Shown piece by piece: positions 8,572 through 16,791 of a stretch of 64,000 nucleotides of DNA. The DNA is from Bacillota bacterium (lineage in GTDB: Bacteria; Armatimonadota; HRBIN16): NCBI GenBank assembly GCA_023511455.1, contig JAIMBJ010000011.1, positions 13,637-77,636 on the forward strand. The letters run 5' to 3'. A program made the position numbers and the translations under genes. Position 1 is the stretch's first letter; each line of letters opens with the position of its first letter. The notes under the pieces are model-generated. The model ran no database searches, was not told the origin of the DNA, and saw nothing but the letters and a program-made list of their open reading frames with translations.

Positions 8572-10257
8572 CTATCCTGTTCCAGAGATTCGGTTCCAGA
8601 GGTCTTCGACTCCCGCCTCTGCAGCGCGGACTACTTCGGTGTGAACGAGCAAAGGATACCGTTTGCGCACCTCTTCCACCAGCTCCGGGCGCACCACCCA
8701 TACCATGACGCCGAACACGTCCGCAAGTAGACGATCGAGGACGGGCGCCCATCCATCGCCCTGCAACTCCAGCGGTCCCACCTCGTCCACAATCAGCAGC
8801 TGTACGTTCGCCTCCTTCGCCGATTCCAGAGCCTGTCGCCCGAAGGCGATGCCGTCGGGTTCAAAAGCGAAAGCTCCCGCTCGAATGGTGCCCACCTGTT
8901 CTGACCGCCGCGCCAGCACATGTTCCTCTCCCGACTGCAGGTCTTTGACCAGGAAGAGATCGCGTTCTCCGCTGTTGCCGTAACAGGGCGAGACGATGCC
9001 ACCCACCTTCCACCCTGCACGACGTGCGCGTTCTGCCAGAGCAAGGCAGAGGGTCGTTTTGCCCTCGCCTCTGCCTCCAGTCAGTATCAACCGTCGGCGT
9101 GCCGAGAGGCGTTCCTGCCACCTGTCGACAAGCCGAAAAAGGCGCGCCATCGTCTGTACCGGCCCCCTCAGAACATCCTTCAGATTGGGGATACTCGCGA
9201 GGAAGTCGGGCAGGGCACAGACAGCGGATTGGATGGCTGTGTGCAACACTGCCAGACGCCCCCTCGAGAGCTGGCGCAGGATGCGTGGATGCGCGACCTC
9301 CACGCCGATGGCTGTAAACAGAAGCACCATCAGCGCCGCCCGCAAAGCCATCCGTACGCCTGCCAGCAGTCCCCCTGCCGTGTCTCCACTTACCGAACCC
9401 AACACCAGCCCGGAGAGCAATGCCAGCAGTAGTATCTCCGCCCATAGACGGGGATTGTGGAGCCGTTTTGCCAGCTGGCGGTAGCGTACGAGTATGGCAA
9501 TAGCCACCACAGCGACCGCCGGCGCGCTCAGGGAAAGCGGAGCCGAGCCCACCAGCCACAAACCGGCAGGTAAAAGCATTAACCAAACAGCCAGTAACGG
9601 AAGGGAGCGGTTGAACTCCACACCGCCTTGCTGAACCATGCGCTGCCTGTTAACTGCCCGGTCAACATCCTCCGCACTGGTGGCATACGTGTCCCGAACA
9701 CGCCTGCCCACATACCAGCCGGTAAGCCCTGCCGTTATCCCCAATACGCTTTGTAGAGATACCAGCACAAGGAGTACGCCACCCGGTTGCAAACCCTGCC
9801 AGCCTGTTCGCTGAGAGGCGAACTGCACCAGCTCCGTGAACACACGCATCAGGTCGATGCCGTAGATGATGGTCAACGAAACCAGCTTCTGCAGGAGTGT
9901 GTAGCTCACCGCCAGCGCGCCTCCTGCGGCGCAACCCAGCCAACCTCGCCCCAGAAGGCGCAGAGACACCTGCAGGATAACCCCTTCGACAAAGATGCCA
10001 ATCATCGGGCTGAGCAGAACCGCGCTGGGGGATACCGACTTCATCAGTGCGCACACCAGCGCCGTGCGCCAGATAAGACCTTTGTCTGTCCACACCTGTG
10101 CAGCGGCGGTAATCAGGAAGACGCTTGCCGTCGCCATCACGGTACCCGCGAAGGGCACACGCAGATTGTGCAGGAAACTTCCCACCACAATCTCGAACGC
10201 CGCCCACAGGCTGCCCAGCGCAGCGGCGCGGTTCCACGTCTGGACTGATTGTGGCAA
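8572..10257 (-). CDS. Fusion protein: ECF-transporter-like polytopic membrane region (S-component-like plus EcfT/CbiQ-like) fused to a C-terminal THEP1/COG1618-type P-loop NTPase
   Basis: About 11 TM helices. An EcfT-like segment is present (RMALRAALMVLLFTAIGVEVAHPRILRQLSRGRLAVL). The C-terminus carries the Walker A motif ILTGGRGEGKTTLCLALAERARRAGWKVGGIVS, a Walker B motif (LLIVDEVGPLE), and is not an ABC ATPase. The ORF-track start (10506) lies upstream of the terminator of the neighbouring gene and encodes Arg-rich junk. The start was therefore reset to TTG at 10257 with an AGGAG RBS, but this is uncertain. Confidence 0.65.
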   Translation of the reverse strand: MPQSVQTWNRAAALGSLWAAFEIVVGSFLHNLRVPFAGTVMATASVFLITAAAQVWTDKGLIWRTALVCALMKSVSPSAVLLSPMIGIFVEGVILQVSLRLLGRGWLGCAAGGALAVSYTLLQKLVSLTIIYGIDLMRVFTELVQFASQRTGWQGLQPGGVLLVLVSLQSVLGITAGLTGWYVGRRVRDTYATSAEDVDRAVNRQRMVQQGGVEFNRSLPLLAVWLMLLPAGLWLVGSAPLSLSAPAVAVVAIAILVRYRQLAKRLHNPRLWAEILLLALLSGLVLGSVSGDTAGGLLAGVRMALRAALMVLLFTAIGVEVAHPRILRQLSRGRLAVLHTAIQSAVCALPDFLASIPNLKDVLRGPVQTMARLFRLVDRWQERLSARRRLILTGGRGEGKTTLCLALAERARRAGWKVGGIVSPCYGNSGERDLFLVKDLQSGEEHVLARRSEQVGTIRAGAFAFEPDGIAFGRQALESAKEANVQLLIVDEVGPLELQGDGWAPVLDRLLADVFGVMVWVVRPELVEEVRKRYPLLVHTEVVRAAEAGVEDLWNRISGTG

Positions 10258-10397
10258 GGAATGGATGCTCCTGAAGGCTTCACAGGCGGTAGTCACGGTT
10301 TGTTTTCCCCTGGCATCGGCTCTTATCGGGAGAATATTCCTTGCGAGGCTAGAGAAAACCTGCCCTGAAGGTGGACGGAAGCGATAAAAAGGCTCAT

Positions 10398-10425
10398 AGC
10401 AGAAAAGCCGCCCGATAGGGCGGCT
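10398..10425 (-). terminator. Intrinsic terminator of the 129-aa secreted-protein gene
   Basis: On the minus strand the sequence AGCCGCCCtatcGGGCGGCT is followed by ttttct, beginning 26 nt after the stop codon at 10451. Confidence 0.5.
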
Positions 10426-10450
10426 TCCTCGACGTTGTGTTAGCGACCTG

Positions 10451-10840
10451 CTACCTTCTTGCCGGATGTGCCCCGCCAATCTGTACGGTTTGTGCGTAAA
10501 GCACACTGTCTTCTACGATGCCGGATACGGTGACCGCAGCGCCAACCCACAGTTCATCTGGAGAAGCAGCACGCTTACCGCGCGTCCACTGCGTATGCTC
10601 GTCCCAGACGACGGTGACGGTCAGCCCTTTGAGGTCGCAATTACGCACGCGGCGCACCTGCATCACGAAGCTGTCCTCCCCGATGCTTACCACCTTGCCT
10701 TCCACAATCGCCACGTTCTGCGCTGCGGCGCTCCATGACCTCGCGTGTTGCGGGGCAATGGGTGCCATCAGGGAAGGCAGAATGGATAGCCCCAACAACA
10801 GTACCGTACTGAGAATCAACATCCTGACGGTTTTCATCAC
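10451..10840 (-). CDS. Small secreted hypothetical protein
   Basis: N-terminal signal peptide MMKTVRMLILSTVLLLGLSILPSLMA, and its own downstream terminator. Confidence 0.55.
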   Translation of the reverse strand: MMKTVRMLILSTVLLLGLSILPSLMAPIAPQHARSWSAAAQNVAIVEGKVVSIGEDSFVMQVRRVRNCDLKGLTVTVVWDEHTQWTRGKRAASPDELWVGAAVTVSGIVEDSVLYAQTVQIGGAHPARR

Positions 10841-10948
10841 CGAACCTCCTCCATAAAGTGTATCTATAAGATAAGAAGATGCAAAGGAAGGGAAGATTCC
10901 CGGTATTTCAGGTGGTATTGTGGAAAATGGATGAGAACTGGCGTGAGA

Positions 10949-11938
10949 CTATCTCAGGCTATCGATGACCTTCTGCAGCTCGTTCTCGGGCAGGTCACCG
11001 ACGACGATGAAGCGGATACCACCGACCTCTTTGACCAGCACGTTGCCTTCGTTGCTGGTGAAAAACTCGCAGTTACCGCGTCTGCCCATGCGCCGCCCCC
11101 ACTGGAAGCCTCGTCCGCGACCGGGCGGGCAGCGGTGTTCAAAGATGGAGATACTGTTTAAGCCATCGACATAACGGATGTGCGCCGATGGCTGTGCGTT
11201 CGGACGTACTACCAGATGAAAGCCGTCCAGCACGAAGCCCGGCGGAACGTAGCCCGGCTCGCGGATGGTGAAGCCAAGTCTACGGGAGAGGTCTTCTTTC
11301 TGCCAGTGTCGCTCCGTCTGCACCGGGGCGGCTACCTGCCGCCAGCCCTCTGGTACAGTGAACAGGCTGTCCGGTGGGGAGGCTTTCCAGTCCACCGATG
11401 AGTAGAACGAACGCGACACCAGCTTGCCGCCGGAGTTGTACTGCTCGGTGCGAAGCACCACGCCTGTCGCGCGGTCGATCCACAGCTTGCGCGTGGGACC
11501 GCTTCCCTGCCGGGGCGTGAGGGTGATCACGTCTGTTTGCCGTCCGAGCAACTGCTCCTGCCCAGCAAGCTCCGCCCGATAGTTTTTCAGCACAAGGTCT
11601 ACCGTAGCAGGCGAGCGGTGCACGGTCTCTACCGTTGCCGTACGGGTGGTGGGGTCGAGGCGTATCAGCGTATCGCCCTTATCGATAAGCACCAGTCCAC
11701 GCATTTCGGGCGAGCGATACTCGTAGCGCGTCATGCCCGCTTTTCGGTAGACGACCACCTCCGAGCTGATTTCGGTTGCCTGAACGGTACTGGTGGTACG
11801 CATGACCCCACTCAGCGTGACCCTGCTTTCTGCCTGATATGCCGCCCTCACGCGCTGTGCCGGGTCGGGCTTCTGGGCGAACGCCACGCCCATCGTTGCC
11901 GCAAAGAGAACGGCTATTTTCAGCCAGCGGTTCAGCAT
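10949..11938 (-). CDS. Periplasmic RseB/MucB- or LolA-fold protein associated with an anti-sigma factor (DUF4367-like C-terminus)
   Basis: Signal peptide MLNRWLKIAVLFAATMGVAFAQ. The start codon overlaps the stop of the anti-sigma gene at 11938. It is the third gene of the ECF sigma operon. Confidence 0.55.
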   Translation of the reverse strand: MLNRWLKIAVLFAATMGVAFAQKPDPAQRVRAAYQAESRVTLSGVMRTTSTVQATEISSEVVVYRKAGMTRYEYRSPEMRGLVLIDKGDTLIRLDPTTRTATVETVHRSPATVDLVLKNYRAELAGQEQLLGRQTDVITLTPRQGSGPTRKLWIDRATGVVLRTEQYNSGGKLVSRSFYSSVDWKASPPDSLFTVPEGWRQVAAPVQTERHWQKEDLSRRLGFTIREPGYVPPGFVLDGFHLVVRPNAQPSAHIRYVDGLNSISIFEHRCPPGRGRGFQWGRRMGRRGNCEFFTSNEGNVLVKEVGGIRFIVVGDLPENELQKVIDSLR

Positions 11939-12426
11939 CAGGGCACCTCCTGAGGCTGTGAGCGGCTGGCAAGCATCACGCCTAGAGCGGCTTTGTCACT
12001 CAGCGGGTCGCCCCAGGACATCATCTGGTGGGTGTGCATCAACTGCTCGGCGTTGTCGTGCTGGGGAGCATCTCCTTCTGGCGAGCGAGGCAGGCTGAAA
12101 TAGGCTATCGCTACCAGCACCGCTGCTGCCGCTGCGCCACCTAAAGCCAAGCGAGGCACGGAAAACCATCGTTGCCAGAAGGGTATCTGTACCCTCTGGG
12201 GTTCCGCCTCTATACGCGCCCGGATGCTGTTCCAGAGATGCGCGGGCGGTTCCTCGGGTTCCACTGTTCTCAACACCCTGTCCACCCGTTCCAGCGCGCG
12301 CAGCTCCGCAGCACAGGAGGGGCATTGCGCCAGGTGTGCCTCAACCATTTGTTTCTCTCGCTCAGCCAGCAGCCCCACCGAGTAATCGGCTAATTTCGCT
12401 TTGATTTTTGTGCACTCCATGTTCAT
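11938..12426 (-). CDS. Anti-sigma factor with a zf-HC2 (ZAS) zinc finger and a single TM helix
   Basis: H-x3-C-x2-C motif (EAHLAQCPSCAAEL). A TM segment (LALGGAAAAAVLVAIAYF) is present. It lies immediately downstream of the ECF sigma gene. Confidence 0.75.
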   Translation of the reverse strand: MNMECTKIKAKLADYSVGLLAEREKQMVEAHLAQCPSCAAELRALERVDRVLRTVEPEEPPAHLWNSIRARIEAEPQRVQIPFWQRWFSVPRLALGGAAAAAVLVAIAYFSLPRSPEGDAPQHDNAEQLMHTHQMMSWGDPLSDKAALGVMLASRSQPQEVP

Positions 12427-12430
12427 CGCC

Positions 12431-13012
12431 TCATTTCGCGTCCACCAGATAGCTCAGCTTGCGCCGTAGCGTCTCGCGCGCCCGCGCCAGTCGCGACAGC
12501 ACCGTGTTTTTCGGCACCCCCAGTACCTGTGCCACTTCAGAGATGCCCATATCTTCCAGATAGTACATGGTCACCACCTCGCGGTGATTCTCGGGCAGAG
12601 AGCGCACTGCCTGCCATACCGCCTCCTGCATCGCCTCGGAGAGGGCAATCTGCTCCGGGTTCTCCGACCAGTCAGCCGCCTCCACTGGCTCTGTCTCTCC
12701 ATCTTCATCATCGGTGAAGGTGCTCTCCAGAGAAACGGTAGTGAGCTGTTTGCGCTTTCTCCAGTCCAGCACCGCGTTGCGTGCGATGCGATGTAACCAC
12801 ACCCAGAAGGCTTCGTTCGCCTGCAGTTGCTTCAGCCCACTCCACGCGCGCAGGTAGACCTCCTGCATCAGGTCTTCGGCGTCCTCTGAGGTGGGTACCA
12901 TCTGGCGGATATACTGATAGATGCGCCGGTGGGTGTGCTGATACAGATCGCCAAAGGCGTCTACGTCACCCGCTCTGGCGCGTTCCACCAGTTGATTGTC
13001 CCGTTCGAACAT
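12431..13012 (-). CDS. ECF-type RNA polymerase sigma-70 family factor
   Basis: Region 2 (DLMQEVYLRAWSGLKQL) and region 4 HTH (MGISEVAQVLGVPKNTVLSRLARARETLRRKL). The start was set at MFERDNQLVERARAGD. The ORF-track N-terminal extension is junk. Confidence 0.85.
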   Translation of the reverse strand: MFERDNQLVERARAGDVDAFGDLYQHTHRRIYQYIRQMVPTSEDAEDLMQEVYLRAWSGLKQLQANEAFWVWLHRIARNAVLDWRKRKQLTTVSLESTFTDDEDGETEPVEAADWSENPEQIALSEAMQEAVWQAVRSLPENHREVVTMYYLEDMGISEVAQVLGVPKNTVLSRLARARETLRRKLSYLVDAK

Positions 13013-13146
13013 GGTACCCACCCATATCCCTTCTAAACGGATAAGACGAACCAGAAGGGGAGGAGATTCCCTCTCTTTCCCCCACCATGACGCCGAACGG
13101 CTCGGCGGAAACCTCACCACCAGTGAATATCGCCGAGAGAGTGCAG

Positions 13147-15612
13147 CTACTCGCCCACGCGCCACTCCAGAATGCCAGCAGAGTATCCTGCCCTGAGCTT
13201 GACCTCTAACCGCAACGCCGCAGCCACTACCGGCTCGAACTCGACGCGGTTGAAAGCGTCCTTACGTGTTTCTTCGCTGTGAGTGACCTTCACCGGATAC
13301 CACTGCTGACCGTCGGACCACAGCACGCGCCACGACTCCGGAAGACGGCACTGTCCGCCAGCCGGCTCGTCGTCAAACCAGTAGACCTCACACCACGAGA
13401 TGCGGCGCGGGCGGGCAAACACGTATTGCACCCACTCGGTGGTGCCCGTGTGGTCCCACCAGGTGAAGCGCGGGATGCTCCAATCTGCAGACGAAGAGGG
13501 CAAAAGCCCATCGTTCAGCGCGAGCACCGTGTCGGCGTGCCAGCAGTGCGAAGCCTCTGCAATGACCGTATTCGTCTCCTGCCAGACGTTGGCGTTCGGG
13601 CCCTCGCCTATCTGTGGGAAAGCCGACACACGCAATCGGGCACATCCCATGGGAATCAGGATGATGTCCTCCACAGGCTCGTCCGAGCGCACCGGTGATT
13701 CCTGTACCTCTCCAATCAGCCCGTTCGCCTCCAGACGCCACTGCGGGATGCGTTTGCCTTTCGCCCTGAGCAGGACGGGCGCGTTCTCTGGAGTGAAGGG
13801 TTGTGCGGCAACCTTGTCTGGCTTCCTGACGACCTCAAACGACATCTGCGGGTTGCTCAAGTCCACTATCAGCCCGTAGTTCCACGCGGTGGTGGGGAAA
13901 ACTTCGTACGCGGGGAAGCGGTCGGTGCCCCCGTAGCGTTCCCATCGTTCGCCTATCCGCAGGGAGAAAGCCAGCGGGCCGAGGTAAACGGAGACAGTGT
14001 TACGGTTTTTGTCCCATACTTTAACAAATAGTGGCATAGTCAGGGTTAGCCTGACACGGTCACCGTCGCGCCATTCGCGCTGCAGGAGTATCCAGCCTTT
14101 CGCCGGTGAGGGTAGTCGCTGTGACTGTCCGTTCACCTCCACGCGTGGCGTTTCGCACCAGCCGGGCACGCGCAGGGTGAGTGGGAACCGCACCGATTTT
14201 GGCGTGCGGATGGTCAACTGCACCTCCTCTCCGAAGGGGTAATCGGTCTCTTCCACGATTTCCACCGTCGTGCCATCGGCAACTTTCGCCTCCACCCGGC
14301 AGGGCGCGTAAAAGACAGCTGCCAGCCCGTTGCCCGGCGTTGCCATCCACAGGTGCTCCGCGAAGTAGGGCCATCCGAACGCCACGTTATGCTGGCAACA
14401 GCGGTAGTCGTAGGGGTTATAGGAAAGCATGTCGCCGCCGTTTTGCAGCAGTGGCGCTTTGCTCTGACGGTCGAGTTGCACCATGTTGGGCGCGGTGAGG
14501 TAGTGCAGCCCCTTCAGGTCGGGCGTCATGGCAGCGGGCAGTGAGTTGAAGGCGACTTCCTCGCACCGGTCTGCCCACTTGCCGTCACCGGTGATGCGCG
14601 TGAGCAGCTGGTGGCTGTACATCATCTCCACCATCGAACAGGTCTCCGCCGCCTGCCGGGGACCGGTGAAGCCAGGGCGAGCGTTCTCATCCGCACCGAA
14701 CATCCCGCCTGGCACCTGCCCATAGATGCCCATGACCGTATCGTACACGCGCTCGGTAGCCCGCAGGTAGCGAATATCACCGGTTTGCTGGTAGTACTGG
14801 GCGGGTTCGCGGAAGCCCTGGCAGATATTCACCCCGTGCCAGGTGGGGATGTCACCCACCCAATCCGCGGTGCGTTCATGGGTAACCCGCGCGGCGTCCA
14901 GCATCCACTTCTCCCCCGTGAGGTTGTACAGCCAGTGGATGGTGTCCAGGTTGTCGCCGCCGCGCACTTTCTGCCAGCTGCCGGGCAGGAACTTCTCCAG
15001 CGGCACGGTCATCTGCCAGCGGAAGTATTTGAGCATGAAGGGGATGACGCGCGGGTCGCCGGTGGCTTCGTAATGGGTGCGCAGCGCGTACAGCGCAATC
15101 ATGTTCGGCCAGAGGTCCATCGCGGCGCGGTTGCTTTCTGGACCGAAGTAGCCGTCTTCGCGCTGGCTGGCGAGAATGGCGTCGATCCACCGTCTTGCTT
15201 CAGTGATTATGCGCTGGTCTCCCAGCACGTAGCCCAGTGAGGTAAACCCCTTGAGCCAGTAGGGGAGCTCCTCCCAGCCATTTTCACCTTGCCCCTGCGG
15301 GTTTGCCCACGCACTGCCCTCAAACCGGCACCATGAGCTGATTTCGGTCAAATGCCCGGTGAAGCCGTCCGCCATCAGTTCCAGTTGATGACGGAGCCAG
15401 CCCTCGGGTCGGATAGAGCCGGCAGGCAGTTTGATGAGCGGGCTGGGCAGCAGCGGCGCCCGGTTGCCCGCGTAATGACGGTTCGCCGGCGAGGTTGGAA
15501 GAGTGATGGTTATCTTCATCGTTGCATTCCTCTCCGCAGAGTATTGTTGTGCATCAACTACCGTTATCACCCATAGCGTAGCGACCAGAAGGGACGCTTG
15601 TTTCATTCCCAC
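13147..15612 (-). CDS. Secreted six-hairpin glycoside hydrolase, DUF1680/GH127-like (candidate beta-L-arabinofuranosidase) with a C-terminal discoidin-like domain
   Basis: Signal peptide. An (alpha/alpha)6-type region is present. An E-T-C motif (AETCSMVEMMY) and a Cys-Cys pair (YDYRCCQHNVAFGWPYF) are reminiscent of the GH127 Zn/catalytic site. The 150-aa C-terminal beta-sandwich is F5/8-like. Confidence 0.5.
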   Translation of the reverse strand: MGMKQASLLVATLWVITVVDAQQYSAERNATMKITITLPTSPANRHYAGNRAPLLPSPLIKLPAGSIRPEGWLRHQLELMADGFTGHLTEISSWCRFEGSAWANPQGQGENGWEELPYWLKGFTSLGYVLGDQRIITEARRWIDAILASQREDGYFGPESNRAAMDLWPNMIALYALRTHYEATGDPRVIPFMLKYFRWQMTVPLEKFLPGSWQKVRGGDNLDTIHWLYNLTGEKWMLDAARVTHERTADWVGDIPTWHGVNICQGFREPAQYYQQTGDIRYLRATERVYDTVMGIYGQVPGGMFGADENARPGFTGPRQAAETCSMVEMMYSHQLLTRITGDGKWADRCEEVAFNSLPAAMTPDLKGLHYLTAPNMVQLDRQSKAPLLQNGGDMLSYNPYDYRCCQHNVAFGWPYFAEHLWMATPGNGLAAVFYAPCRVEAKVADGTTVEIVEETDYPFGEEVQLTIRTPKSVRFPLTLRVPGWCETPRVEVNGQSQRLPSPAKGWILLQREWRDGDRVRLTLTMPLFVKVWDKNRNTVSVYLGPLAFSLRIGERWERYGGTDRFPAYEVFPTTAWNYGLIVDLSNPQMSFEVVRKPDKVAAQPFTPENAPVLLRAKGKRIPQWRLEANGLIGEVQESPVRSDEPVEDIILIPMGCARLRVSAFPQIGEGPNANVWQETNTVIAEASHCWHADTVLALNDGLLPSSSADWSIPRFTWWDHTGTTEWVQYVFARPRRISWCEVYWFDDEPAGGQCRLPESWRVLWSDGQQWYPVKVTHSEETRKDAFNRVEFEPVVAAALRLEVKLRAGYSAGILEWRVGE

Positions 15613-15697
15613 CCCCTGTTTTTTGTTGGAGTGATAGGATGACAGTTTATGTTTTGTGACACTTTAAATCCCCCCAACGTCTTTTCATCTGCCTCAA

Positions 15698-16489
15698 TCA
15701 CACCAGGAATCTGCTGCGCAGCTCGTAATGCTCCACACAGTTGAAGTAAAACTCTGCCACCAGCTCCACTGAGCGAAAGTAGAACTTGCTTGATATCGTG
15801 GCAAACGGCTCATGGCTGATGCGTTGTTCGAAAAGATGGCGTCGGTTCTCATGTGCCACCAGCACCAAACGAGTTTCGAATTCCTTGAGGGCGAACATCT
15901 TGAGCATCGAGCGTTCGAAATCTGTGGTGGTTTCTACCTCAAAAACATACTTTGGAAAGGGATGCGCAGTGCGCGAAAACCAGATGACATCACACCGCCC
16001 CACGCGCTCCTTCACATCTTGATAGGTGAAATCCGGCACCTGCCGCAGCACACACAGGTCACCAAGACGTTTACCATCGAACAGCCTGTTGACGTCAGGA
16101 GTGTAGGTGTTGTAATCCAGGTAGTTACCGATTTCAATCAACATACCCTCGATGGTAGCGTGCAGGTCAGGTCTGTTCCCGATATAGTCCCGATAAGAAC
16201 GCTTATCGAGAGCGTACTGATAGGCAGAAGACGGCTCTGCTTTTTGGGCTTCTGGCAGCGCATATACTCCCAAACCCACTTTGACGAATCTGCCAGCCTT
16301 TGCTTCCCGATATAGAACACCTCGTAATGTTTTACGCCAGTCGCCGGAGGGCATCCGCTCTCGATGTAGCGGTGCGCGTTCATACAGATGCGTTAGGGAA
16401 GCTATCCCGTTATTCTCCCGCATGATTTGCTCGATGAGGTCACCCCATCTCATATCACGTATCCCAAAACCGAGTGAGTCCCTATCCAA
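15698..16489 (-). CDS. Hypothetical protein with an N-terminal wHTH-like region and a C-terminal PD-(D/E)xK-like nuclease motif; lone gene of a low-GC insertion
   Basis: About 50% GC against a 63-66% background. AT-rich flanks. Putative motifs IEGMLIEIG ... CDVIWF ... YVFEVETTTD. It abuts a truncated gene remnant. No homolog is recognised with confidence. Confidence 0.6.
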   Translation of the reverse strand: MDRDSLGFGIRDMRWGDLIEQIMRENNGIASLTHLYERAPLHRERMPSGDWRKTLRGVLYREAKAGRFVKVGLGVYALPEAQKAEPSSAYQYALDKRSYRDYIGNRPDLHATIEGMLIEIGNYLDYNTYTPDVNRLFDGKRLGDLCVLRQVPDFTYQDVKERVGRCDVIWFSRTAHPFPKYVFEVETTTDFERSMLKMFALKEFETRLVLVAHENRRHLFEQRISHEPFATISSKFYFRSVELVAEFYFNCVEHYELRSRFLV

Positions 16490-16537
16490 TGAGATTCTGT
16501 TTTCGGTGCAACAAACGTCCTTGCCTTCACGTTCATG

Positions 16538-16791
16538 TTAACCCTCCTGCCGCTTACAGAAGGGGCGGACGCCCTGCAAAGGAGCCTGTTGATAAAGGCA
16601 TTCCGTCATCAGGTTCTGCCGTTGTCCGGTGAAGTCCCCACACACCTCCAGTCGCGTGCCTCTTCCTGCGCGCGAAGGATATGACGTCCGGCAATAACCA
16701 GATGCGCGTTCGTGTGTTCCAGCAGCAGCGCCGCAATCCACCTGCCGGTGCTGCCATAGCCTCCCAAAACGCCTATCTTCGGCGCAGCCAT
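16538..16791 (-). pseudogene. 5' remnant of a saccharopine-dehydrogenase-like NAD(P)-binding oxidoreductase gene, truncated at the low-GC insertion
   Basis: MAAPKIGVLGGYGSTGRWIAALLLEHTNAHLVIAGR is a Rossmann N-terminus with its own RBS (ggag). All three frames terminate within about 250 nt, just before the low-GC gene. Confidence 0.4.

Noticed and set aside
10257-10506. N-terminal 83 codons of the ORF-track 644-aa protein
   Set aside because: Arg-rich junk that lies upstream of the terminator of the neighbouring gene (10398-10425). The real start was moved to TTG at 10257.
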